The notes under the pieces were generated by a model, which was given only the letters and a program-made list of their open reading frames with translations, was not told the DNA's origin and searched no databases. The position numbers and the translations under genes were made by a program. From the NCBI RefSeq assembly GCF_902459465.1, contig NC_047064.1, positions 10,618,160 to 10,682,159 of the forward strand: DNA of 64,000 bases, given 5' to 3'. Each line of letters begins with the position of its first letter. The first letter of the stretch is position 1. Positions 1 through 11,320 of this stretch are shown here, piece after piece. This DNA comes from Asterias rubens. Lineage: Eukaryota.

Positions 1-579
1 CTGCTAGCTGGGGAAAACTTTTCGCCTGCCACAACTTGTTCGTTCATTTTTTAACAAGGAATATGTGGATGTCTCTTTTGTTTGACTTGTCACTTTGTGA
101 GTAAATAAATTAGAATAGCATGAATAGTGGAACTACTACGTACTGTTAATTTTTTTCATAACCAAAAAACTGTTGTGGCAGGGGATACATAAACCTTTCC
201 TACGCTGGACTCCCCTGGCCTCTGCTTCTTGGCCCTTTATAGGCTATGGCTACACTACTTCACTTGCACTTTGAACTGATTTTGATCCGCTGTCGTCTGG
301 GTTGTTCTAAAAAACCCTCGTCCACCACGACCCCTTGCCGTCCGCGCTGTATTTGAAGTGTGTCCCAATTGCGAATTCATTAACACAGGATGGGAGCGAT
401 CAGCCGGATATCTGCCTGTTTGAGTTCATGGAGTTGGCCATGTAATCATACTCGGGCGGTAAACCCAGGTTCCCTGTTGGGATATAATCTTTATACAGGC
501 TCGGGTCGACCAAGAGATACGCGTGGTAATGCCGCAATTTTTTTTCTTCTGTCAATTGTACGTCAAAATTGCCACAGGA

Positions 580-735
580 CCCGATCTCAGCCAATCACGC
601 GCAGTTTGCTTCGTGGTATACCACGTGTGTATGGTGTGTCTCGTACGCTTAGCTGTGATGGCGAGGCATGGTAGAAGTATAGTCGACGTCGACATATAAT
701 ATTGTGTGCGTGATTGGCTGATTTTTATAAACATG
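580..735 (+). promoter_or_regulatory. Candidate promoter-like cluster upstream of the located AGPS exons.
   Basis: It contains CCAAT (cagccaatcacg, ~588), an inverted CCAAT (gtgattggctg, ~708), the E-box cacgtg (~621), the palindrome gtcgacgtcgac with a CRE-like core (~683) and tttataaa (~724). The surrounding 100-720 segment is GC-richer than the flanks. Confidence 0.3.
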
Positions 736-854
736 TATGTTTTTTGTTGGAGGGGTCTGGGAGGGCACATCGCTTTGATGACAGTTTTTAAAACTTTTGC
801 CTTGCCCTGGACGGCCCCTGCCAACAAAGAATGATGTCCGTAGATTTAAAATAA

Positions 855-950
855 ATAAAATAATGTGAACTGTGGCAATTTGGGTGTACAGAAAAGAAAA
901 TAGCACAAAAGTCGAGGTTCGTGGGTCGAGGGGGTTTTAGAACAACCCCT
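855..950. repeat. ~90-bp repeat unit, inverted relative to the copy at 2437-2520. A partial third copy lies at 296-340.
   Basis: ggcaatttgggtgtacagaaaagaaaatagcacaaaagtcgaggttcgtgggtcgagggggttttagaac is the reverse complement of 2437-2520. Confidence 0.8.
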
Positions 951-1794
951 GTCGTCTCCAGGTAACTACCCTAGAACTATGATTATGACGTTCGTTCGCA
1001 AACGGCTCTGTTGCGATAGCGGAACAAGCCTCATAGTTCTAGGGGTAGTCTCCCGGAACCTCGTTGATGTAGATAAGGCGCCTTATAGTTTCTAGTGTAG
1101 GTCACCATGTACAAACTACTGTTGCCAGTCACAATTAAAAGTTCAATTTTTTAAGAAACCGAATCTCACCAATATTATATAGATGGGCTCTACATATGTC
1201 AATCTGTGTTCTTTGTACTTTCATTAAGCTCACGATGGGTCCGGAAAACAATTTGCTAGAAGTGATTAAACATTCAGAATCTTCAACATCCAGCTTAACA
1301 ATATGGCCGTCGCCGAATAATGGTGGGAATTTATCATTTATTGCAACTTTTCTTTTTTTAGTGGATTTTATGGACCAATGCTGAGCTAACTGTGGAGTCG
1401 TGTGTCAGCTGGTTGTAGAGTTTGTTGGCTCTAATCTTGCTTCCTGATCAATTTGTCTTTGTATTCAATTCCAAAAGAAAGGATTCAGAATTATTTTATA
1501 TAAATATTCTTTTAACGCCTCAAAAAAATGGTGAGGTTACTAAACTTGCTGCCGTACCTTGCCAGAATCAATTGGAAGAGCACCTTCTTTTTATACCAAA
1601 CAATCTGGGATCCTTGATGAGGGTTACACAACACCACCTTACAATAGTGCTTTATGTTCGATAACAAGGACAGAGCAGTTATGGTTTTATAATGGTGTTT
1701 CTCAAGGACTCATTCCACCCTTGGTTTTATACCACTAGACAACTCAGCAAGACACCTAATGATGTGATATTTTGTTGAATCTAATTTCTTGTAG

Positions 1795-1877
1795 GTTACA
1801 ACTCAAGGTCCCATACAGCTAAATGAATGCAGTGCCAGCTCGGTACAAGAGAAGAGAGTTCGCATTCCCAAACGAAG
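1795..1877 (+). CDS. AGPS: AGPS internal exon (most 5' exon located). Encodes VTTQGPIQLNECSASSVQEKRVRIPKRR.
   Basis: Acceptor tttcttgtag|G and donor AAG|gtaaca. Matches the human AGPS N-terminal segment ...NECKARR...IPKKRQEV. Phase 0 start and phase 2 end, consistent with the next exon. Confidence 0.8.
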
Positions 1878-2277
1878 GTAACAATTATGAAGTTTATAAA
1901 TTTGCTAACAAATAACCTATGTCTGGTTCGTCATAGAGGGTTAACACTATCCAGGCAGATTGAGTACAAACCTGTCTTGGTCAAATAAAAAGAGTTGGCA
2001 TTTTAAACTGCTCTGGGTTCGATTTCACAAAGCAATAAAATCCGTCGTAAGACAAATTGTCAGTTTTACCATAGTGATTTGTATTGTGTGACATCACGCC
2101 ATAACCAGAGTTCCAAAGTTTGGGTGTTGAGTTACCAATCAGTGGATTTTGTGAAGAGTGAGGAAGGATCCCAGTAAATAACCCGTGGGGGTAAGGGGTT
2201 AACCATGTCTTTTACTTGGCTACGTGTAATTAACAATAACATGATTTAAGATTTGCTGAAATACTTGTTGTATACAG

Positions 2278-2367
2278 GCAGGAGGTATTAAAGTGGAATG
2301 GATGGGGTTATAGAGATTCAAAGTTTGAGATTGACGACGCCAGTAACTTCTCTTTCACTGGAAGCAG
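2278..2367 (+). CDS. AGPS: AGPS exon. Encodes (R)QEVLKWNGWGYRDSKFEIDDASNFSFTGS(R).
   Basis: The KWNGWGY(N/R)DSKF motif is diagnostic of alkyl-DHAP synthase. Acceptor tatacag| and donor CAG|gtaagt. Confidence 0.9.
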
Positions 2368-2436
2368 GTAAGTATTATATTTGTTCATATATGTGTTCAT
2401 GAATTAAAAACCTGGCAAAACAACTGAGACACAGTT

Positions 2437-2520
2437 GTTCTAAAACCCCCTCGACCCACGAACCTCGACTTTTGTGCAATTTTCTTTTCTGTACACCCAA
2501 ATTGCCACAATTTGTTTTTA
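2437..2520. repeat. Inverted partner of the 855-950 repeat.
   Basis: gttctaaaaccccctcgacccacgaacctcgacttttgtgcaattttcttttctgtacacccaaattgccac. Confidence 0.8.
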
Positions 2521-3252
2521 ATGTTACAGCAGTTTGAAAAAATCCATTCAACTTCAACCGCGTTTCTCTCTGAATGTAGTTTCTTGTCTGTTGAGCACCA
2601 TATGTCATTGTGTGAAAATGGTGACTGTCTGTGACTAGTTTCACTATTTATTTTAAAATGAAGTTGTGTTTGCATTAGATCTACAGACATAAACCAGATA
2701 TGGGAACAATTCCTGTTTGTAATGCTGTCTATTCCCATTTTCCTACATGAGCTCTGAAACTGTTGTTTTGGCAGAAGTAAAAGAGAATGTAGTGACTGCT
2801 CCTTTAAAGCAGTCAACCAATCAACACAGACCAGAGAAAAGTGACTGGTAGCTACAGGGAGTGTATGTGTATATAGTTTTTGCTGGTTTTGTAAACATGT
2901 GTGTTATGACGGCAGCCATAGTTTTTTTCTGTCGCAGTCTGACATGTGAAAAACCCAAACCAAAAGTTTAGCTTCATTGTTGCGTTTTACTAGCAGTTAT
3001 CTTCAACAGTTACAAGTTCATAATTTCGTCGTTTATTGTCATTGTTACGTCAACTCTGTGTACGTCTATTTTGTTTGTCTGAACACACGGAGAAACCGAA
3101 ACTTTCCCGAAATATAAACGTGCTTCAGTCCTGTTCCAGCGCCAAGAGGAAAAGTTCGTTCTTCAGATAGTGACAGTGCGGGTGAGTCATAAAGTAGTCA
3201 ATCTCTAACAACCATAATTACAACAAGTACATGCACTCTTTATTCGTTTTAG

Positions 3253-3340
3253 GTACAAAATTGCTGGTGAATTGCCGCACTTTAAAGCATGGATAGAATC
3301 AATAGAGGGAATAAATATCGACATGAAAGTAGATCCACAG
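3253..3340 (+). CDS. AGPS: AGPS exon. Encodes YKIAGELPHFKAWIESIEGINIDMKVDPQ.
   Basis: Matches human [26 protein letters not shown]. Acceptor cgttttag| and donor CAG|gtgagg. Supplied ORF 3272-3526 reads through into the intron. Confidence 0.88.
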
Positions 3341-3574
3341 GTGAGGCTTAAAGCAAATATAAAGCCAGGTTCATACTTCGCTGCAGGTTTTCGCTGCTAC
3401 ATTCGCAAGAGAGTTGAGCACAGCTCAAATCCTGCGAATTATTCATTGCAAATTTATGACCTCAACATTCTTTATCGCCTTCGCAGGAAGTATGAACCGG
3501 GCTTTATGCTTCCCACTTTAGTTTGATTTTAGATTTGTTTGCACTTGCAGGGTTTGCCCTTAAATTTGTTAATG

Positions 3575-3780
3575 ACAAGTCAGCAGGACCAGTGTTGTTG
3601 ACTCGAGTCGCTTACTTGGACTCGAGTTGCCAATTTCATTGTCTTGCAACTTGACTTGACTTGGGAAAAAATAACTTGTAACTTGCATTGACGTTGGTCG
3701 GGAAAGAAATGACATGTGTCTTGACTTGACTTGAGGGAATTTGACTTGAGGCTTGACTTGACTTGCACAAAAGTTAATTG
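3575..3780. repeat. Degenerate (GACTTG)n microsatellite-like tract.
   Basis: gacttgacttg motifs recur throughout. Supplied ORFs 3569-3925 and 3580-3768 (-) lie within it. Confidence 0.7.
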
Positions 3781-4159
3781 AGAGTTTAAGAATTGACTCG
3801 AATAAGTTTGACTTTACGACAATGCAATTATTGTTTAAAATGGATGTGGTAAAATTTAGTCTTTGGCGATTATGTCGCCCTGACATTCCAATTTTTTCAA
3901 GGGCTTTTGTCATAAGGCTGATCATTTAATCTTCACAGATATTGAGACCAAGGGTGCATGATTTATGGGTTGAATTTATTATTAGTAAATTGTCTTTTTA
4001 CAGGGTTTGTAGATTGTAAAACTGAAAAAGGTTACGTCTGATTTTAACCCCCTCCCCCCTAGTGCACAGTTGGTAACAATTGTGGGAATGTTTAATTTTT
4101 GAACCACGCTAAATTGTTCAATAGACTGTATTGAATATGACATCACCGTTCAAATATCT

Positions 4160-4316
4160 GCCCTACAAAATGGCGTCTGTGAGCGTGTGCATGTGTGTGT
4201 GCGTTTGTGTGTGCGTGCTTGTGCCATTGAAACCAAACCAGGAATGCTGTGTGCTGCGTGTTTCTTTGATGTACACGTTTAGACGCGCATATGGTTTGCC
4301 CTACAAGATGGCGTCT
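4160..4316. repeat. (TG)n-like microsatellite flanked by 21-bp direct repeats.
   Basis: tgccctacaaaatggcgtctg (4160) and tgccctacaagatggcgtctt (4296) bracket gtgtgcatgtgtgtgtgcgtttgtgtgtgcgtgcttgtg. Confidence 0.75.
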
Positions 4317-4759
4317 TAAAGATACATGGTCTATTGAAGATACATTTACCAGCCTGGAATAGTACACAAAATGTATTTTTTAAAGATGTCTGACAGTTTC
4401 ACACTTTGGAAGTCGGACTGTCAGATCAAAGTGCAATAATCGTCACTTTGTGTGCTCTGAGGTCAAAGTATTATCTGTTTGTCAAAAGGATTGATAAATT
4501 TGTTGTCATCTGTAAACATGTAGATTGCATTGATCAGACAATGGCTGTTTTGCATGTACGTAACTGTAACAAAGCGGCACTTGGGAAATCTCATTGATTA
4601 CGGAGCAAACCAGATAGCATCTCTCATTCAGTGGGGTGATTTACTGCGGTCAAAGTCCTACAGGAACATGTCTAGAGAATTATGAGGCTGTCAAGTTCTG
4701 TAACTGTGAAGGAAGTCTTAATTTCTGTCAAAAAGTGGAATTCCTTTAGCGTCACCTGT

Positions 4760-5080
4760 CCTAAAGCCATTAGACACTGTCGGTAAACAGATTGTCCAAA
4801 GGCCCACACTCTATGTATCACATGACAACTTATATAAAATAACAAACCTGTGAAAATTAAGGCTCAATCGGTCATCAGAGTCGGGAGAAAATAACGGGAA
4901 AACCCACCCTTGTTTCCGCACGTTTCGCCGCGTCATGACATGTGTTTAAAATAAATCCGTAATTCTCGATATCGAGGATTGATAATTGTTTTAATGTTTT
5001 CACAAAAAGTAAAGCATTTCATGCATCTGTGAACCCTTTTTTGTCTGTTCCGAAAGTGTCCAATCGCTTTAAAATGTACA
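4760..5080 (+). mobile_element. MITE-D (~320-380 bp) with ~30-bp terminal inverted repeats TTAAAGCCATTGGACACTTTCGGTAAACAG.
   Basis: This is a near-identical copy of 44906-45280. The terminus ...ccgaaagtgtccaatcgctttaaa is the reverse complement of the 5' end. Confidence 0.8.
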
Positions 5081-5857
5081 ATGGCTGATGATGGGTTAGG
5101 GTGTATATCATGATCATATATATATGTAGGTAAAGACTGAATGGTTACGTTTGTAGAGTAATTTTTTAGCTGTTCTAGGCCCAATTTCATGGAGCTGCTT
5201 AACAGTAAGCTGCACACTAACAACGTATTGCAATGATGTTGCACTTTGCGCTGTGCTTAAACACTGTGCTTAGAAGAAAATTGGGGTTTGAAGAACCCTC
5301 TTCGCTTGCTTATAACCGCTTAAAGCAAAAAAACCTGGGTGAAACAAGGCCATGAATGAAAATTGTGATTGGGTAACATTGTCGGTCAGAGTCCAAGTGT
5401 GACTCACACAGTAAATGCTGATAGGGCTCCACTTGCATTATTATCCCACAACTTCGACGACCACTTGAGTTCAAATTTTCACAGGTTTGTTATATTTTGT
5501 GCATGTTGAGACGCACCAAGTGAGGAGACTGGTCTTTGACAATTACCAAAGGTGTCCAGTGTCTTGAAGAGACTTTTTTGTCGTTGTTTGGTGATACGAT
5601 TGAGACCTTGATGCGCATAAAAACATTAACAGATAATATATCAAACGCACATTTTAGAGCTTGAATATGAGGTGATTAGAAATAATTTACCAAAACTGAA
5701 ACTCCTAAAAAATTGTGATTTAAAATCTTAATAGATGTTAAATTTGCATCGGGGATAAAACCAAAATTAATATTCTTTATCCCCGATGCAAATTTAACAT
5801 CTATTATATCGTTGCGGTACCCGCTGCCAAAACATAGGATTCGAACTGCCTCTAGCT

Positions 5858-6000
5858 GCCGGGCAACCTCGGTAGTCTAGTTGGTAAGACACTGCTCTAG
5901 AATTGCAACGGTCGTGGGTTCGAATCCCACCCGAGTAACATGCCTGTGATATTTTTTCACAGGACTCGGGAAGTACTGAGTATACAGTGCTAACACACAT
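5858..6000 (+). mobile_element. tRNA-derived SINE-A (tRNA-like head with A and B boxes, plus body).
   Basis: The head ggtagtctagttggtaagacactgctctagaattgcaacggtcgtgggttcgaatcccacccga carries A-box TAGTCTAGTTGG and B-box GGTTCGAATCC. The body ...gtaacatgcctgtgatattttttcacaggactcgggaagtactgagtatacagtgctaacacacatc is shared with the copies at 13117-13262 and 40668-40832. A tail-derived hairpin lies at 5728-5812. Confidence 0.75.
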
Positions 6001-6424
6001 CGATTTAGTTTTTTTAGATGTATCTTAAGAATTTATTTATCAGCGAGTTGATAATACTGTAAAAAAAAATTGATCAGATTAAACAGAATCAACATTATTT
6101 AACTCAATTAAATCCATTGTTTACTTCCATATTACCAGAAAAGTGCTTACACAATACAAAGTGTTAGTGTTTGGTAATTTATACATTGCGTAAAAAGATA
6201 AGTGATTAGTTTGTTTATAGGATTAACTTCAGGTTATAACATCATTCAGGATGACAACATTTCATAACTTCAATCAATTAATGGGTATCAAAAGTTGGTG
6301 TTGCAAAATAGTTCAAAGAAAAAAGGGGAACACTTTGCATTTGTCATGTTAGCAGCTTTTTCAATGGCTCTAAGTTTTGTTGAGTGGGTCTACATACATT
6401 GTACCTGAAACCACCAAAAATGTG

Positions 6425-7145
6425 TTCAAATGAAGGACACAAAACATAATGTTCACAGATTTACATTAAACTTACACAGTTTGAATATAATAAATGGTAG
6501 AGGTGCTGAGGTGCTGTAGTTCTTGAGAAATGAGTAAAACAAGCCACGCAAATAAATTGTTGTCTTGGTGAAACGCAAATTATTTTAGCATGTAAAAATG
6601 TATTTACCTGTTGCAAAACGTTTTACATGCTAAAACTGAGATGAAAATTGTTTTTCGTGACATTGTTTTACTCATTTCTCAAAAACTACAACAGCTCGGC
6701 AAGTAATATTTTCAGGGAAGCTTTCTGCTATCATTATCTTTAAACTGGGTAAGTTTAATGTAAATCTGTGTAAAGTTTTTGTTGTGCTAAAAGTACCCAA
6801 ATCCTTTAAAGGATTTTGGTACTTTTTGTAACACAAAACACATTGTCCACAGATTTACATCAAACTTACACCGTTTGAAGATAATGATAGCAGTTGCTGA
6901 GGTGCTGTAGTTTTTGAGAAGTGAGTAAAACAATGTCATGAAAATACGTTTTTACATGCTAAAATAATTTTCGTCTCATGATCACTGAGACGAAAAATAT
7001 TTTCATGACATTGTTTTACTCATTTCTCAAAAACTACAGCACTTCAGCAAGTAATATTTTCAGGGAAGCTTTCTAACATCATTATCTTTAAACTGTGTAT
7101 TAAGTTTAATGTAAGTCTGTGGACAATGTGTTTATTGTTCAACAA
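6425..7145. mobile_element. Two tandem copies of foldback element MITE-E (~360 bp each).
   Basis: The copies at 6425-6795 and 6835-7145 are each palindromic (cacagatttacat...gagtaaaac...gttttactc...atgtaaatctgtg). They are separated by the perfect palindrome aaagtacccaaatcctttaaaggattttggtacttt (6790-6830). A third copy lies at 15640-15935. Confidence 0.75.
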
Positions 7146-8142
7146 AAGTATGTATATCCTTTAAAGACACTGGACACAATTTGTATTTGTCAAAGACCAG
7201 TCTTCTCACTTTAAAATAACAAACCTGTGAAAATTTGAGAAATTCCCTTGGGGTTCATTATTTGAAACAACCCCTGGTCTTTTTTTTTGTCAATCTTTCA
7301 ATCCTTTTGCAAGAACTAGATGCTAATCAAAGATTACTGAGTGCCAAAGGCACAAGATGGGGTACATGGAGCTCTACACATCTATCGTTAGAAAATCACC
7401 AGTGCCATTTCAGCAAGCAAACCTTTTGCCTCTCATCCACAGCAATGGTAGATCTATTGTTGCATGAAAAGAGATGCTTGCTAAAATGACGCACATTCCA
7501 CAATTTACCTGAGTTCCCCCATCTTGTGCCTTCGATTATATGATCTTGATAAAAAGTAGCTGCTGAGTTAGTGGAGATTTGGAGAACAAATTATAATTCG
7601 AGGTTATAAACATTTTATTGTTTTGTTGTTATGTGTTGGTTAAGAGTTGTGAAGTGTGCACCCAGGACGTTTATGAAGGCGGAGTCCTCTAGAACGAGGG
7701 ATACCCCAGTGCACACACTCGGGTCTCTTTATAGACCCAAGTTCCATATGACGCCACACTCTCAAAAATCGAGACAGATCATTGGATCATTCTCTGTGTG
7801 TAAATATGTGCCTGTGACATTAGCATACCCTACTTGGTACCATTTCACGTTATAATGTAAGGGATCTATTGATTTATATAGACCACTTACTCATGAACAA
7901 TGTGTGTCTACCATTTCCATCATTTTGGTAGTCAAATCTTCTATGAATGTTTGTGCGCGATTTTGAGTCTCAAAATGGCATACAGGCTGGGAATGTATAG
8001 GTGCGCTGCGCATTGTGCAACGGGTCTATACCATTTCACCAATCAATTCAGCTGTCAAATGAGTCCTATTATTTGTCTTTTATTGAAATGAATCTTATAA
8101 TGTTAATTCTTTTAAACATTTTGATTTGTTTTTCAATACCAG

Positions 8143-8263
8143 GAAGAAATACGTCCAGAGAACATACCTAATGTGATACGCAATGAAGACTTTGTTGCTG
8201 CTATTCAGCGTGCTGGAGTGTCATTTTCATTCGATCCACAGGACAGACTATTCCGTGCCCATG
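8143..8263 (+). CDS. AGPS: AGPS exon. Encodes EEIRPENIPNVIRNEDFVAAIQRAGVSFSFDPQDRLFRAHG.
   Basis: Matches human ...[29 protein letters not shown]. Acceptor ttcaataccag| and donor ATG|gtaatc. Phases are consistent. Confidence 0.88.
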
Positions 8264-9032
8264 GTAATCTTGATTTCTGTTCAACTCAAACACTGCAAAG
8301 TAAACCGTTTTTTTGGACGACGACAAATGAGTAATAATACTCTATAGCTCTTATCCCCGGTGGAATGCAGCCCCAAGGGAGGCCCCAGGACCCTTTTTTA
8401 ACCCACAGTTACCCTGGCTCACTTTCACACTGTGTCCCTATTCCATGGTGTTCCGTTGCCAAATCTATACTTGTAACCATGGAGGAAGGAAGAGGAGGAG
8501 CTCGAATGACCCGCAAAACCGTAGAGTAACAAAAAAATACCCTGACAATGCCCCTGTCTGACCAGTGGAAAAAGATAGGAGACCTCCAGCTGGACCGCTG
8601 ATTAACGAGCGGGATTAGATCTCTTTGTACAGAACCTGTGATACCGCCGCTCTGCACCGTTGCCTTCGTGTAAAGTTGAATCATTGGAGACAAGAACCGT
8701 GAATACACGCGTTTTCATTGACCGTTTGTGGTGTTTACATGGAAATATCATAGCATATTTTTACATTTTTTGCAACTTTCCAGTTTTTAAGCAGGGACAG
8801 TTGTGCCATATCACGCGATACGCGCGATGCCCACAGCATTCCCTTATAAGGAGTTGTTTACCCAAGGGTGATGGAGGGCCTTACCATTTCAGAGCTGGAG
8901 GGGTGTTGTGTGGAAAGAAATCATTGAACAATTAAAAATTTTGCATTTATTTAACTTTTTGACCGAAAGTGTTGATGTTTTTTGACCGAAAAAGGTATTT
9001 ATGAATGGGAATCAAAGTGTGTTGAATCTGTT

Positions 9033-9150
9033 TTCAACTAGTGGTTTAAACCCACCGAGGCCTGGTTCTTGATAATTTACCTCGACTTCGTCTCGGTTAA
9101 ATTATCAAGAACCAGGCCTCGTTGGGATTAAACCACTAGTTGAAAACCTC
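9033..9150. repeat. Foldback hairpin with ~52-bp arms.
   Basis: The arm gttttcaactagtggtttaaacccaccgaggcctggttcttgataatttaacc has an exact reverse complement. Confidence 0.7.
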
Positions 9151-9187
9151 TTCACCACACATTGATTCCCTTAGTTTATCATTGTAA

Positions 9188-9343
<156 letters not shown>

Positions 9344-9345
9344 TA

Positions 9346-9728
9346 AAGACAGTGGACACTATTGGTAATTGTCAAAGACCAGTCTTCTCACTTGGTGTAT
9401 CTCAACATATGCATGACATACATAAAAAACCTGTGGAAATTTGAGATCAATTGGTCGTTGCCCGATAATAATGAAAGAAAAAAACACCCTTGTCACACGA
9501 AGTTGTGTGCTTTATGATGCTTGATTTCGAGACCTCAAACTCTAAATCTGAGGTCTTGAAATCAAATTCGCGGAAAATTACTTCTTTCTCGAAAACTACG
9601 TCACTTCAGAGGGTGCCGTTTCTCACTATGTTTTATACCATCAACCTCTCCCCATTACTCGTCACCAAGAAAGGTTTTATGCTTATAATTATTTTGAGTA
9701 ATTACCAATAGTGTCCACTGCCTTTAAA
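9346..9728 (+). mobile_element. MITE-C (~375 bp). TIR TTTAAAG(A/G)CAGTGGACACTATTGGTAATT, with an internal hairpin gatttcgagacctca...tgaggtctcgaaatc.
   Basis: This is a full-length copy with perfect ~29-bp TIRs at both ends and tttaaa flanks. It is the most abundant family in the window. I counted at least 18 full or partial copies, at 5445-5572, 7143-7250, 11900-12238, 12838-13015, 16506-16856, 19094-19300, 21847-22218, 27483-27830, 30391-30770, 37790-38082, 40500-40625, 43675-43830, 45843-46320, 56504-56884, 60851-61200, 61200-61660, 62163-62512 and 63690-63800. Confidence 0.85.
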
Positions 9729-10077
9729 AGTACTTTAAAAAGAACCTGTTTCTTTTAAATATAAAAATACATTTGGGATTATCACAACAGGTTGTATCAA
9801 CACAAGACAAGACAACTGACCCAAAAAATAGACCCTTTTTTACAAGTTGTACTTTGACTTGGAAGAAATCTTTTATCAAAAGAACTGATTTTATTAAAGA
9901 TCAACTTAAATTAATTTATTGTTCTTTTGATACAGAAAGGTAGTTGAGATTGTAATGATTACATGTAAATGAGTAAAACTCAATTAAACATTTTTCCTAA
10001 AACTCAACATTTTCAATCGTTTCATAATAGGCAAAAAATTCATGAAAAGCCCCTAATGGGCTAAGAATCAAAACAGT

Positions 10078-10705
10078 AGGCCCGGGCGAATTATTTGAAT
10101 ATCCGGTTAATGGCGAATAGGTTTTCCTATCCGTAACAGCGAATGCCTTTTTTTTCTTAACTGGATATCCGCATAGGGCGCGAATAGCTATTTATAAACC
10201 GGATAGTTCTGTAATTACAACCAAGTAACCGGATATTCTTTAATATCCGAATATCCGCTGACGTCGGGCGACAACTGATAGGAATATTTTGTCTGAATCC
10301 TTATGAAACTTCTATTAAGACAGCATAAAACAGCATAAATTAAGTATTTAACTATGCTCACCTCCATGAAGAGTTAAAACAATGACATTTGTGACGTATT
10401 TGTTCAAAGATTACGAAAGTTTTCCTTCATGTAGAGTCAATCACGATCAAAAGAAACAGCAAATCGCCATCTTTAAATTAGATCCGGTTATTTTTATGAA
10501 TGAACCGAGTGACACTGTCTAAAACTAATATAAATCCGCCCATAAGATCTCATTCACAAACGAACAGCGCCCTCTAGCGGCCAATTCATTTTTTTAATAG
10601 CGCTCTCTTGTGGGGAAAAAACTATTCAAATATCCGGTTAATTTCGGATAGTTGGCCAGCGGTATCCGAATACCAAAATTTCACTATTCGCCCAGCACTA
10701 CAAAA
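10078..10705. mobile_element. Candidate ~620-bp element with short GGGCGAATA-type termini and internal ccggat/atccgg palindromes.
   Basis: The start cccgggcgaattatttgaatatccggttaat and the reverse complement of the end gctgggcgaatagtgaaatttt share GGGCGAATA. The motif ttcaaatatccggttaat is repeated directly at 10093 and 10619. Confidence 0.4.
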
Positions 10706-11119
10706 CAGCATTGTGACCTCACACTATGGATTTGGTCCAATCAAGACAATGGAAAATGCATAGCAACAAACTTACACAACTTTCATCCAGTCCGAGTTAT
10801 GACATAGTTTACAGCACAGCTTGGACCGTTCTTCTGAGGCACCGGTACTTCAGTGTTTATTTCACTGTTCATTTGTATGCGTCTTTGCTGGGAACCCATG
10901 CAGGGCACAGCCAACAGGTGGAACAAAAACAATACTTAAAAAATCCAAAAAGGGGAACTAGTTTCCCGATAAAGTATCGACAAAATAAGCTACACCCTTA
11001 TGACAAAATAAATAATAAGATTAGTTTCAGTGGTTTCGTTTCATTCGATTCCTAACTATTTACATTTTTGAAAAACAGGCAAACAGTTTCAAACAGTGCA
11101 TTGGTACGATGTAGGGTAA

Positions 11120-11320
<201 letters not shown>

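Noticed and set aside
390-674. The ORF starting MGAISRISACLSSW considered as the missing AGPS first exon.
   Set aside because: It has no PTS2-like nonapeptide. The only plausible donor (cgtG|gtaatg) leaves phase 1, whereas the next AGPS exon requires phase 0, and it shows no similarity to AGPS N-termini.
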